Shown here piece after piece: positions 28,501-38,063 of a stretch of DNA of 64,000 nt. Below the pieces are notes generated by a model. That model was not told the DNA's origin, ran no database searches, and worked only from the letters and a program-made list of their open reading frames with translations. The DNA lies in the NCBI GenBank assembly GCA_965649055.1, contig CBFGJG010000003.1:1-64000 (forward strand), in the 5' to 3' direction. Numbering within the stretch: position 1 is the stretch's first letter; each line of letters opens with the position of its first letter. Source of the DNA: a candidate division WOR-3 bacterium. GTDB taxonomy: Bacteria > Hydrothermota > UBA3072 > B12-G15. The translations under genes and the position numbers were made by a program.

Positions 28501-29343
28501 TTAAGTTCCTTTTTTAATTTTAATCTTTAACCCTATAATATGTGTAGGCTCAAAATATGAACCCGTAATTGTATAATACAATGAAATTTGGGAAAAATCA
28601 AGTCCAATTCCGAATGAAATTTTTTTCAATTGTGAATAACCGGCCCTTATTGAGATAATGTCTCTTATTGTTATTTCAGAACCAAATGAGAAAAAATTCT
28701 TATAATCGTTTAAAATATAAGAGATCTCAGCGAAACCATTATAACCTTCAAATTTATAAGGTAGTGATGTTGCAATTATTGTAGTCTGCGGTATTTTGTC
28801 TACTGTCTTTCCAAACCATGATATCTCAGTGCCCATAATGTCTTTTATTATCATTGAAATCCTTAATTTTTTTTCAAAGGTTAAACCGATGTCGTATCCA
28901 AATCCTGTTCCATGAAAATCAACTATTTCCTGCTCATAGTTCTTAATATTAAATCCTATATTCACTAATTTCATCTTCGTTGCCAAAGAGAATGTCAGAA
29001 CCCTTTCATTAACGCTAAAATAATCGATAGTTTCAGGGATAATGGTGTCTTCAATATCAGGGTTTAGTGGCATTTCACCTGATGTAAAATAATTTATACC
29101 AAAGGCAAGATATAAGCCATAGGCATTAAATCCAGTAGTAAGATTATAAAGATGAAAATTTTGAATAAGGTTTGTCCAGTCAATATAAAGGGAAGGGCTC
29201 TTGACACATATATTTGCTGGATTCCACCATATTGATGATATATCTTCATATGTGAAATAACTTGAACAGGAAATTCCTCTTGCACCTGCACCGGGAAATA
29301 GATAATCGAAAGGAATACTGAAACTCAATAAAATCAATATCAT
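28501..29343 (-). CDS. PorV/PorQ-like outer-membrane beta-barrel
   Basis: GAGARG..SIWWNPA N-terminal motif, GYDIG, ISIRAGY, ISFGIG. Confidence 0.72.
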   Translation of the reverse strand: MILILLSFSIPFDYLFPGAGARGISCSSYFTYEDISSIWWNPANICVKSPSLYIDWTNLIQNFHLYNLTTGFNAYGLYLAFGINYFTSGEMPLNPDIEDTIIPETIDYFSVNERVLTFSLATKMKLVNIGFNIKNYEQEIVDFHGTGFGYDIGLTFEKKLRISMIIKDIMGTEISWFGKTVDKIPQTTIIATSLPYKFEGYNGFAEISYILNDYKNFFSFGSEITIRDIISIRAGYSQLKKISFGIGLDFSQISLYYTITGSYFEPTHIIGLKIKIKKGT

Positions 29344-32300
29344 CTTTTCAATACCGCCATTTTTCTTTTTTCCTTTGTTTCAAAAATCCCAAGTTTAGCC
29401 CTGACAACGTAAAGGTAAACCCCATTAGGAATATAATTTCCATTATCGTCTCTTAAATGCCACTCAATTATATTTTTCCCTTCTTTCAAATCGTAGAAAA
29501 CTTTTTTACAAACGATATTACCGGAAGGTTGATAAATTTCGAGAGTAGCAGAATCAGGTTTTTTTGTCAATTCAACTAAAAACTTTGTTAAATCCCTTGC
29601 GGGGTTTGGATAGTTTGAAAGAAAAGTAATTAAAAATGGTGTTTGTATATTTATGAATATATCTTTTGAAATCATATTCCCGTGAACATCGTAAGCGAAA
29701 AACTTTGCATTGTAGAAACCATCATTTAGGGAACTTTCAAGATTAAGATTCATAATGTTTAAATCCCTTGTTTCGTTCACTTCCAATATTATCTCTTTCT
29801 GGTTTATCATAAAATAAGGTTTTCTTATCCATATATCTATTCCATTATCGTCCTCAGCAGTAAGGTTTATTTTTATATTTCCATCCTTAGAATACAACGT
29901 ATCTTTTAATATTTTCACAATTGGTTTTGTATTATCACTGGTAAAACCGTAAGTGTAAAAACCTGTATCCTTCACCCAGACGCTATCCCCGGAAAGATTA
30001 ATCCATTTTAATTTCTTCCTTATATATATGGAACCATTTGATGAATCCGGAAAGATTTTTAGGAAAAATGGCTTTTGAATTGTATCATAATATATTATTT
30101 TAAAAACCTTATTGAAATTATCAAAACTTCCAGGTTTAAAATCTTCCTGTTTTAAAGGGGGTTCGTATTCATCTTCAAATACAAAAAAATATCCATCTTT
30201 TTTAAATGTTTCTGGTAATATAGTTATTTCCCAGAATCTATCACTTATGATGTTTGTATCTAAATGATTAATTTTATAGAAATTTTTCTTCTTTATATAA
30301 TAGATTACATTATTATTTTCGTTTAGTTCGTTAATCCAGTTATAACTATCAATAAAAATCTTGAAATTTATATCCTTAAAAGTATCATTAACGAATTCTT
30401 CGATAGGGATTAAGACTTCTTCTTTTACCAAAGGTTTTATATCTGATATTATGGTATCATATATCCAATAATAATCATCATCTTTAAATTTATATATTGA
30501 CAATACTGTTGAGTCCGCTTTTTTTTCACCTGAATTTATAACATTTAATCTTAGTAATAATGTTTTGTTATCACAAAATATTTCCGGTTCTGTAAGGAAT
30601 TTTAAATCCGACCTTTTTATAATATATTCTGAAAATATCCTTGACCTGTTGAAGTTTAGAGAATCAAACAATTCAATTCTAAAGTTCAGATTTAAACCTT
30701 CTTTTATAATCGGAATTCTGCAATAATATGTTCCTGAAGAATCATTCATAAAAATCTTATTATTTAATATTCCGTCGTAACCAAATACACAGAATATTGA
30801 ATCAGGTTGAATCTTCAACTTTGCTTTTATATTTATTGTATCATTTAAACATAAAATCTCAGGATAATAGATTATACTTTCAAAAATATCCTTTTTAAAT
30901 ACGTTATCTTCACCTGCGATTGAGTAAAGGTTATTTTTCAATAAAGAGATAATCCTTGTATTTTCGGATAACAATTCTATATAAAATGAAGTATCTTTTG
31001 AATACCCGGTTTTATTAAAGGAATATTCATAAATATTTAAAGAATCAATCACTTTAAAATGGAATCTTCCTGTCATACTGTTTTCACATCTGATATATAA
31101 TGTGTCATTTTTATAAAGGTTAGAAAATTTAAGTGTATCTTTCGCAATCTTCAGTTTAAATAAAGGGTCGCCTATTAAATGATAACAAATGGAGTTATAT
31201 GAATCCGGAAATAGAAATTTATAATAAAAAATAATATCTCCAAGTCTTCTCAGGTCTTTTCTGAAAATTCCGTTCAGTAAAAATTTATCTGTGTGAATAT
31301 TATCAGAGAAATAAGTGAGCCCTGATGGTGCAACAGAACCTATCATTCCAACCCCGGGGAACATTACAGAATATTCACTAACGGATCTCAATTGCGGGTC
31401 ATCCATTATACCATTAACACAGGAGAAGGCAAGCATAAAGGTTAGTTTCCCATAGTTTGTCAGTCTTGGTATATCATATATCCTGAAGTATCTTCCAGCC
31501 CCCAGATCTTCTTCACCACCATGACCGTGAAAATTAAATATAGTTTGACCATAAGAAAGAGCCCTTATAACTTCCTCCCATACGCTTGTCCCTTCCCTTG
31601 AATAAACACGTGTAATATCATATCCTGAAGGTATAATACTTTTTATGATCTGCTCAGAGATTACATCTGAATTTTGTAGTGCGTAATCAGCACCAAAGAA
31701 TAATCTGTTTTCTTTTGGTTCATCAGAATTTGAACCATTTATTATCTTATCGATGTATCCTGCCATCTCTGTTCTTGTAATTGCGGGAATCCTGCCTACC
31801 ACGATATCTGGAAACTCGTCATTTCCACATATTTTTGAATACTCAAAATCAGAAGAATAGTATCCACCCAGAACATTTTTCATAATAACAGGGACAAGGT
31901 CAGAATTGTTTTTGTAGATATTTTTTGGGTCGTAAGTTCCCTTTCCCATAATGATAAGGTAATAGGGAGGATTATCGAGTTCAAAACAGTATCTCAAGAA
32001 GTCTTTTATCGCAAAAGGTGATTTTTCACCATAATTGAAACAGTTATAAATTTCGTCTGTTGTAAATATACTAACAGATATTGAATCATAAGATTCATAA
32101 TAATTTTTATAATTCAACGCATAATCATAAAATATCGGATGGGTTATAACAACAGCATCAGAACCATTGAAAGAGTTCATTTTATCTTCAATATTGAAAT
32201 ATCTTATATCTTTAGGAATCCTTTCCGTCCCTGTTAAATATACAATATAATTGGCTTTTCCATTGGTTGTATCCGAGAAAGTAACTGAATAACATTCTTT

Positions 32301-33473
32301 ATCCGTTTCGATAACCGGATTAACAATTTTATATCCGTCTATTCTCATTATATTTATTCTGTTTGACTGAAAATTATTAATTGTCACCTTAAAATTACTC
32401 TTTTCGCTCTTAAACTTCAAAATTTTCCCGTCTGATATGAATTTCCTTTTATAAAAAATTCTCAAATCTTTAAGATATATGAAAGATTGTGATTTAATAT
32501 TTATCTTTTTAATCTTCACATTGGTTGTGCATTGAATCTCTTGAAACGATTGTCCTTGAATATTAAGATTTTTTATGAATAAATCATTAACATATAAGTT
32601 TATATTCTGACTCAATAAAGAATTGTTATATAATTTTATCCTGATTATCCCGGAGTTATCATACCAATTTATTGTATCAAATAAGAATGTAAAAAAAGTA
32701 TCCTGTTCGTAAAACCAGCATCCGGAACTTCTTGAAAAGATTTTTTCCTTATCGATGCATATAGAATCTTGGAAGAAATTCAAAACTTCATCGGATTCTT
32801 CTGTATTAATATGGATATAATGTTTTCCTTCACCTATCTTTAGCCAGTAATAGTCTAAAGTATCGAAATCCGATTTGTAATCTTCAGCATAAAAAATCAA
32901 ATAATCATTATTATTGAATATATTATCTCCGTCAATATCGTATACATCAACAGGGACTGTTTTATCTTTATGTTTTAATGATATCTCACTTATTGGTGGT
33001 GAGAAGTTAATATTGTTTTTTAACAACATTCTGTGTGTTAATTTATAAATACCTGAAGAATCAACAGAGATTCTTATTCCATCTTTTAATTTTATACTAA
33101 CTGAATTTCTTCTATTATTGCTGGAATTAAGTTGGTTCAGGACGATTTCATCATAAAATCTATTCTGTTTTAAGCTTAAACAACCATTTTTTTTAAAATT
33201 AAAGTTAATTAAAATAACATCGTAATTTTTTATTTTTGTTGTATCAATCTCAATAATTAAAACCTTTCTTTTCCTGAAATCAAATGTCCCAATTATCCTT
33301 AATAAATCATTGCTTAACTTTTTTTCTCCGTTAAATAATTCATAATTAAATCCATACTCATCGGGAATAGAAATAATAGTTCTGTTTGAGATATCATTAT
33401 TTATAAATATCAGTGAGATTGATTTATCTGAATAATCTATTAATTTGAAAACCGAAAAAATTAAGAAAATCAT
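29340..33473 (-). CDS. C25 (gingipain/PorU-like) cysteine peptidase with CARDB-like and C-terminal FlgD/CTD-like domains
   Basis: GIYKLT, YLIFYAE, IKDFLRY, VGRIP, NFHGHGG (His), FSCVNG (Cys), LIGDP, INELNENNN, NYPNP..NGVYLY. Confidence 0.88.
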   Translation of the reverse strand: MIFLIFSVFKLIDYSDKSISLIFINNDISNRTIISIPDEYGFNYELFNGEKKLSNDLLRIIGTFDFRKRKVLIIEIDTTKIKNYDVILINFNFKKNGCLSLKQNRFYDEIVLNQLNSSNNRRNSVSIKLKDGIRISVDSSGIYKLTHRMLLKNNINFSPPISEISLKHKDKTVPVDVYDIDGDNIFNNNDYLIFYAEDYKSDFDTLDYYWLKIGEGKHYIHINTEESDEVLNFFQDSICIDKEKIFSRSSGCWFYEQDTFFTFLFDTINWYDNSGIIRIKLYNNSLLSQNINLYVNDLFIKNLNIQGQSFQEIQCTTNVKIKKINIKSQSFIYLKDLRIFYKRKFISDGKILKFKSEKSNFKVTINNFQSNRINIMRIDGYKIVNPVIETDKECYSVTFSDTTNGKANYIVYLTGTERIPKDIRYFNIEDKMNSFNGSDAVVITHPIFYDYALNYKNYYESYDSISVSIFTTDEIYNCFNYGEKSPFAIKDFLRYCFELDNPPYYLIIMGKGTYDPKNIYKNNSDLVPVIMKNVLGGYYSSDFEYSKICGNDEFPDIVVGRIPAITRTEMAGYIDKIINGSNSDEPKENRLFFGADYALQNSDVISEQIIKSIIPSGYDITRVYSREGTSVWEEVIRALSYGQTIFNFHGHGGEEDLGAGRYFRIYDIPRLTNYGKLTFMLAFSCVNGIMDDPQLRSVSEYSVMFPGVGMIGSVAPSGLTYFSDNIHTDKFLLNGIFRKDLRRLGDIIFYYKFLFPDSYNSICYHLIGDPLFKLKIAKDTLKFSNLYKNDTLYIRCENSMTGRFHFKVIDSLNIYEYSFNKTGYSKDTSFYIELLSENTRIISLLKNNLYSIAGEDNVFKKDIFESIIYYPEILCLNDTINIKAKLKIQPDSIFCVFGYDGILNNKIFMNDSSGTYYCRIPIIKEGLNLNFRIELFDSLNFNRSRIFSEYIIKRSDLKFLTEPEIFCDNKTLLLRLNVINSGEKKADSTVLSIYKFKDDDYYWIYDTIISDIKPLVKEEVLIPIEEFVNDTFKDINFKIFIDSYNWINELNENNNVIYYIKKKNFYKINHLDTNIISDRFWEITILPETFKKDGYFFVFEDEYEPPLKQEDFKPGSFDNFNKVFKIIYYDTIQKPFFLKIFPDSSNGSIYIRKKLKWINLSGDSVWVKDTGFYTYGFTSDNTKPIVKILKDTLYSKDGNIKINLTAEDDNGIDIWIRKPYFMINQKEIILEVNETRDLNIMNLNLESSLNDGFYNAKFFAYDVHGNMISKDIFINIQTPFLITFLSNYPNPARDLTKFLVELTKKPDSATLEIYQPSGNIVCKKVFYDLKEGKNIIEWHLRDDNGNYIPNGVYLYVVRAKLGIFETKEKRKMAVLKR

Positions 33474-34789
33474 CTTTTAATATGGATTATTTTTCTTTTT
33501 TCAATTCCATCTTTTTTATTTAGAATTAGAATGTAAATTCCCTGTGGATAATTTACAAATTCAATATCAAGCCATCCATTTTGAATTTCTTCCTCTTTTA
33601 TTTTTCTACCGTCAACACCTATAAGTGTATATTTTTTTGCATCAACCTGGATTTCTAATTTTCTTTCAACTATATGACTTTCTGAAACAAAAAATTTCTT
33701 TTTGCCGTTGTCGTAAAACTTGTAAAAAATCTTTTTATCGGGACTGCCCAAAATATATCCGTTCCAGAAAACAAAAATGTTCCCTTCAGAATCCTTTTTT
33801 ATCAATGGATTTGAACAAAGATATGAAGATTCATTAAGTTTTATCGGTTCATTTATATTGTCATCAAAATAGAATATATCACCATTTTCTGACCAGACGA
33901 AACTCCTGTATTCGCTAATATCAAGGTCGATTTCTGTAAGACTATTTGAAATATGTATTGTTTCTTTATCCTTCCAGGAATTTTCATATTCCCTATAAAT
34001 AATGTGAATCTTACCGTTCCTTAATTCATTCCAGATCACTCCTATTTTACCGGAATGAAAATCAGAAACAGGGTTAAATGAATTTACCATTGTATCTGAT
34101 ATTATAATTGAAGAACCTTCATTAAAATTTTTACATTTGATAACTATTTTCCCATTCTTAACTTCTTCGAATATTAAAAAAGGTGAATTATTATATAATG
34201 CTATGGAAGGGAAACCCGCATATATTTCAGAGTTAGAGACGATTAAATCGCTGGACCAGATACCTCTTTGTAAATACTTGTACAATATTTCTGATAGTCC
34301 ATTTCTTGTGTCCTGCCAGACAATATGTATTACATTATTCCTTAAAAGAACTGATGGATTTATAGACCAATTTCCATCATTTTCGGTTACATTTTCGATA
34401 CCGCTGAAAATACCGCCAGAAATATTATGGTAATATTTTCTTAAAAAAATCTCGTTCTGGAAATTCATATGTTGATAGGATATCCTTCTATCATCCCAGA
34501 TAATGTATATACAACTATCAGTAAAGAGAAGATTAGAATATCCTGCCCATAGAGAATAGACACTTCCAGCCCTTGATACATTCTTAAAGTAATCTATGTT
34601 ACAGTTTTTATTAACCCTTGCAAAGTAAACTTCAAGATAAGGGCTTGTATAACTTGAAAGAAAACTTATATACACATTACCGTTATTATCTGTATCGAGA
34701 GAATGAACAAATGATGGCGAGAGTATATTAACCTTATCACCTATATTTAATAATTTCTCTTGTGACCAGAAAGAAATAATCAGAATCAT
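33470..34789 (-). CDS. Secreted protein with repeated beta-rich motifs and T9SS-CTD-like tail
   Basis: Repeats IYIIWDDRR / IHIVWQDTRNG / IGVIWNE; tail DGRKI..QGIYIL..KRKII. Confidence 0.7.
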   Translation of the reverse strand: MILIISFWSQEKLLNIGDKVNILSPSFVHSLDTDNNGNVYISFLSSYTSPYLEVYFARVNKNCNIDYFKNVSRAGSVYSLWAGYSNLLFTDSCIYIIWDDRRISYQHMNFQNEIFLRKYYHNISGGIFSGIENVTENDGNWSINPSVLLRNNVIHIVWQDTRNGLSEILYKYLQRGIWSSDLIVSNSEIYAGFPSIALYNNSPFLIFEEVKNGKIVIKCKNFNEGSSIIISDTMVNSFNPVSDFHSGKIGVIWNELRNGKIHIIYREYENSWKDKETIHISNSLTEIDLDISEYRSFVWSENGDIFYFDDNINEPIKLNESSYLCSNPLIKKDSEGNIFVFWNGYILGSPDKKIFYKFYDNGKKKFFVSESHIVERKLEIQVDAKKYTLIGVDGRKIKEEEIQNGWLDIEFVNYPQGIYILILNKKDGIEKRKIIHIKR

Positions 34790-36033
34790 TTTAATCTAAT
34801 TATCTTCTTCAAAATCCCGTTTTTTTTTAAAAAATAAACACCATTCTTAGAAATAGAATTTTTTCTACCTGTAATATCCAAAATTAAACTATCATTTTCA
34901 AAAAGCATGTTATTCCCTGAACCAACGAGATTCCCTTCTTTGTCTATCAACCTGTAAGATATTATATTACCATCAAACCTTATAATTTCGCTTTTTTTTA
35001 CCTCCATAAGACATACAATTGTATCTTCTTTTGATCCTTCAAGAAGAATTTCTTTATCTATTGTAATCTTATCTTTAGAAACAATCTCTAAATAACCATC
35101 TAAGTTCGAAATAATTTTTTTATTATCTATTATAAGGTTTATACCATTATTCTTATCAACGAACATTTTTCTTTGATTGAGAAACCATTTCCACATTATG
35201 CAGAAGGAATTAAAATCATTATAGTCCATTAATCCGTCAGGTAGGCAATAAATATCCGGGAGCCTACCAGAATAAGGACCTGTTTCAAAATATGTATCAT
35301 TGTTTAGAAAAGCATTCCTGAATATTACAAAATCAAGAGAATTAACCTGGAGGTCAAGATCGAAATCACCTAAAGGAGAAATTATATAATTTACATATAT
35401 ATCATCTAAAGGGCTTCCATCTTCAAAATTGTTCCAGTTCCCGTCTATTTTATTTCCAAAGATATCCTTTACTGAATCACCATTAAATTTAAATACGAGG
35501 TTGTCATTAGAACGTGGAATAGGATAGAGGTAAACATAGATAGTATCTTTTTTTATTTTTATCTCTTTCTTTGAATAAAAGATTGTATCCTGATAATTGT
35601 AGGAGAAAATTTCAGTTCCACTATTAAAACTTGAAGAATCTATGTGAGAATTGAAGACAAATTTGAAAAGCCTTCCATCCGTTATTCCCTGGACAGGGGT
35701 TATGCTAACAAGTTGTGGTGGAGCAGGTGTGGGAACTTTTATAGTATCCTTAAAGATTACCCCGTTCGTTAGTTTTGAAAAAAAAGTATAGTAATAATAG
35801 TATCCAGGAGAGAGTGAAACTGAATCAATAAACATATATGGTTTTAATGGCTCAAGGGGAATTCTTAGAAAACACCACCATTCATTTGGTGAGTTTGCAA
35901 ATCTATCATATCTTCTTACGATAAACAATGATTCAATGGAACTTGAATCGGGGGATACAAATGTTATAAGGTTGAATGATTTGTATTTTGTTATTGAAAG
36001 ATTATAGAGAAATGATATCTCAATAAATAACAA
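34786..36033 (-). CDS. Secreted protein with Ig-like domain, dockerin/EF-hand-like module and reduced CTD-like tail
   Basis: GDFDLDLQVNSLDF and DGLMDYNDF repeats; DITGRK..NGVYF..KKIIRLK; probable TTG start 36033 after GGAGG. Confidence 0.65.
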   Translation of the reverse strand: MLFIEISFLYNLSITKYKSFNLITFVSPDSSSIESLFIVRRYDRFANSPNEWWCFLRIPLEPLKPYMFIDSVSLSPGYYYYYTFFSKLTNGVIFKDTIKVPTPAPPQLVSITPVQGITDGRLFKFVFNSHIDSSSFNSGTEIFSYNYQDTIFYSKKEIKIKKDTIYVYLYPIPRSNDNLVFKFNGDSVKDIFGNKIDGNWNNFEDGSPLDDIYVNYIISPLGDFDLDLQVNSLDFVIFRNAFLNNDTYFETGPYSGRLPDIYCLPDGLMDYNDFNSFCIMWKWFLNQRKMFVDKNNGINLIIDNKKIISNLDGYLEIVSKDKITIDKEILLEGSKEDTIVCLMEVKKSEIIRFDGNIISYRLIDKEGNLVGSGNNMLFENDSLILDITGRKNSISKNGVYFLKKNGILKKIIRLK

Positions 36034-36739
36034 TCGTTCCTCCATTTAGTGTATCTACAGGTATTTCAAATCCAAGTGAATCAAATATCTTTCCTTCCTT
36101 TATTTTAAATTCATATTTTCCTGTTTCATTTGAAGAAAATTTGAAATTCCCGATTATGAAATCCTGCTCAGGAAATCCATTCATGTTTGTCCTATAAATC
36201 TCAAGTGAACATTGATATTCTTTGACTAAAACAATCGGTAGTGAATTCCCTGAAAAAACAGAGCTGTCTATCCTGTATTCGATTAAATTAATCTCTTTAT
36301 CCCATGCCAATTTAACATATTCAAAACTATGTGTTTTTAGATTTTCACCTTTTAAGAGGATGTTAATATCCTGATATAAGCGCAATGAGTCAAAAATAGG
36401 GGAGATTGAGAACCCATTTTTTAAACCATCGATACAGAAGATAATTTCAGGATAATTTTCTTCTTTTTCACCAAGGATATTTTTACCCCTTACCCAGAAA
36501 TTATGCCACCCATCGTCGAGAATAAATGATACCGATTCAGAGATTGTCCAGTCTGATAATTTACCGTCAATTGAATACTGATAATATACCGTGCCATCAC
36601 CTTTCCAGACAATCTTTACAATGTTTGTGTTTATAATAGAACAATTTTCAGGACCTTTAATTATATTTGTCTTTGGAGATATTAGTTTCTCATTATAACA
36701 TCCTATCAGGAAAATGATTAGAATCAATGGTTTCTTCAT
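36020..36739 (-). CDS. Lipoprotein with Y_Y_Y-like Ig domain and cohesin-like C-terminal domain
   Basis: Lipobox LIGC; YQYSIDG..W..GWHNFWVRG; C-terminal KLAWD..IGNFKF..NGGTIVI. Confidence 0.6.
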   Translation of the reverse strand: MKKPLILIIFLIGCYNEKLISPKTNIIKGPENCSIINTNIVKIVWKGDGTVYYQYSIDGKLSDWTISESVSFILDDGWHNFWVRGKNILGEKEENYPEIIFCIDGLKNGFSISPIFDSLRLYQDINILLKGENLKTHSFEYVKLAWDKEINLIEYRIDSSVFSGNSLPIVLVKEYQCSLEIYRTNMNGFPEQDFIIGNFKFSSNETGKYEFKIKEGKIFDSLGFEIPVDTLNGGTIVIY

Positions 36740-37602
36740 ATTCCGGAAAGATAATTATATTTTTCCTTTATAGAATTTATTTTATCAAGGATACTGTCTC
36801 CGTTTATTCTTTCCAGAATCTCAACTGTATTTTTTACTGATAAGAAAGGATCTTTTGTATTCAGGAAGAAAGATATAAAAATTCCTGAAAATATATCACC
36901 TGCACCAATAATATGTTTTTTCTCAGGATTTTTTGATACATAATGTTCAAGTCTTTTCTTATTGTATATATATGCACCTTTTTCAGCATCCGAAACTATT
37001 ATTATCTTATCATCAGGAAATATCTCAATACCTTCAGGGAAAAAACTGTGAACCAGAGCATAATATTCCCTCATATTCATCTGTATTATATCAAAATTTT
37101 CTATGAGGATACGAGATTCTTCTTTTTCAAGCATTTTCTGGAATCTCTCACCATTTTCCTTTATACCTAATGTAAGGCTATGCACATCAAGCATTTTAAA
37201 TGGTATTTTCAATTCTTTGATCCTATTCAGTGTTTCATATTTGAATTCCCAGCCCATCACAGGATTAATGAGAATAAGTTCAATATCTTCATCCATGTTT
37301 TCTAATAAACTTATATCTATTTCAGGTGAATATGGTGTTATGAATTCATACCTTTCATTATTGTAAACGTGAAGGACATTCCTGTTTGTCATTTCAATCT
37401 CTATAACATATTTCAAGTCAATATTAGGTGTCATTAAGCTCATGAATTCTTTTTTTATATCCTTTCCGAGATAGGTTACAGGAAAAATCTTGATCCTCCT
37501 GTCAAGTGCTAAAGATAAAAGATTATATGTTATTCCACCAAGAGATTCAATATTCCCAATTTTGTCATAACTTATACTTCCTGCAATACCGACATTTCTC
37601 AT
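36736..37602 (-). CDS. PfkB-family carbohydrate kinase
   Basis: AGSISYD, LGGITYN, EKGA, IGAGDIFSG. Confidence 0.8.
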   Translation of the reverse strand: MRNVGIAGSISYDKIGNIESLGGITYNLLSLALDRRIKIFPVTYLGKDIKKEFMSLMTPNIDLKYVIEIEMTNRNVLHVYNNERYEFITPYSPEIDISLLENMDEDIELILINPVMGWEFKYETLNRIKELKIPFKMLDVHSLTLGIKENGERFQKMLEKEESRILIENFDIIQMNMREYYALVHSFFPEGIEIFPDDKIIIVSDAEKGAYIYNKKRLEHYVSKNPEKKHIIGAGDIFSGIFISFFLNTKDPFLSVKNTVEILERINGDSILDKINSIKEKYNYLSGI

Positions 37603-37608
37603 TTTAAT

Positions 37609-37673
37609 ATTATAAAAAATAATAAAAAATTTTCAATATAAATCTTGACATTTTTTTTATTTTTGATTATTTT
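37609..37673. promoter_or_regulatory. Divergent sigma70 promoters, both SD-less
   Basis: Minus: TTGAAA(37636-37631)-16-TATAAT-6-ATG; plus: TTGACA(37645-37650)-17-TATTTT-9-ATG. Confidence 0.62.
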
Positions 37674-37682
37674 TTAATTAAT

Positions 37683-38063
37683 ATGATTATTTTATTTATA
37701 GCACAGTTAGGAATGATACAGTCTAATATAAGTATAAACATCCAGGTTTGGGGTGAGGTTAGGAATCCAGGTATATTCAATGTCCCACCAAACATTAATG
37801 TTATTGAGGCAATATCATTTGCAGGTGGTCCACTTAATACATCTGATCTTTCTAATGTAAAGATAGTTAGTTTGAACGGGAACATAAAGTTCATAAATAT
37901 TTCTTCTTATCTAAAAGGAGGAAAGGTCGACATTCCAATGATCTCACCCGGAGATATAGTTATCGTTCCAAGATCTGCCCTTTCAAATCTCGTCGAGTTT
38001 GTTAGATTTATGAGTATCGTAATAGGTGCTGCAGGAATTATCTTTTCCATAGTGGGGAGATAA
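37683..38063 (+). CDS. SLBB-domain protein (mini Wza-like)
   Basis: VWGEVRNPG, AISFAGGP, PGDIVIVP, C-terminal helix; upstream of wzc. Confidence 0.82.
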   Translation: MIILFIAQLGMIQSNISINIQVWGEVRNPGIFNVPPNINVIEAISFAGGPLNTSDLSNVKIVSLNGNIKFINISSYLKGGKVDIPMISPGDIVIVPRSALSNLVEFVRFMSIVIGAAGIIFSIVGR

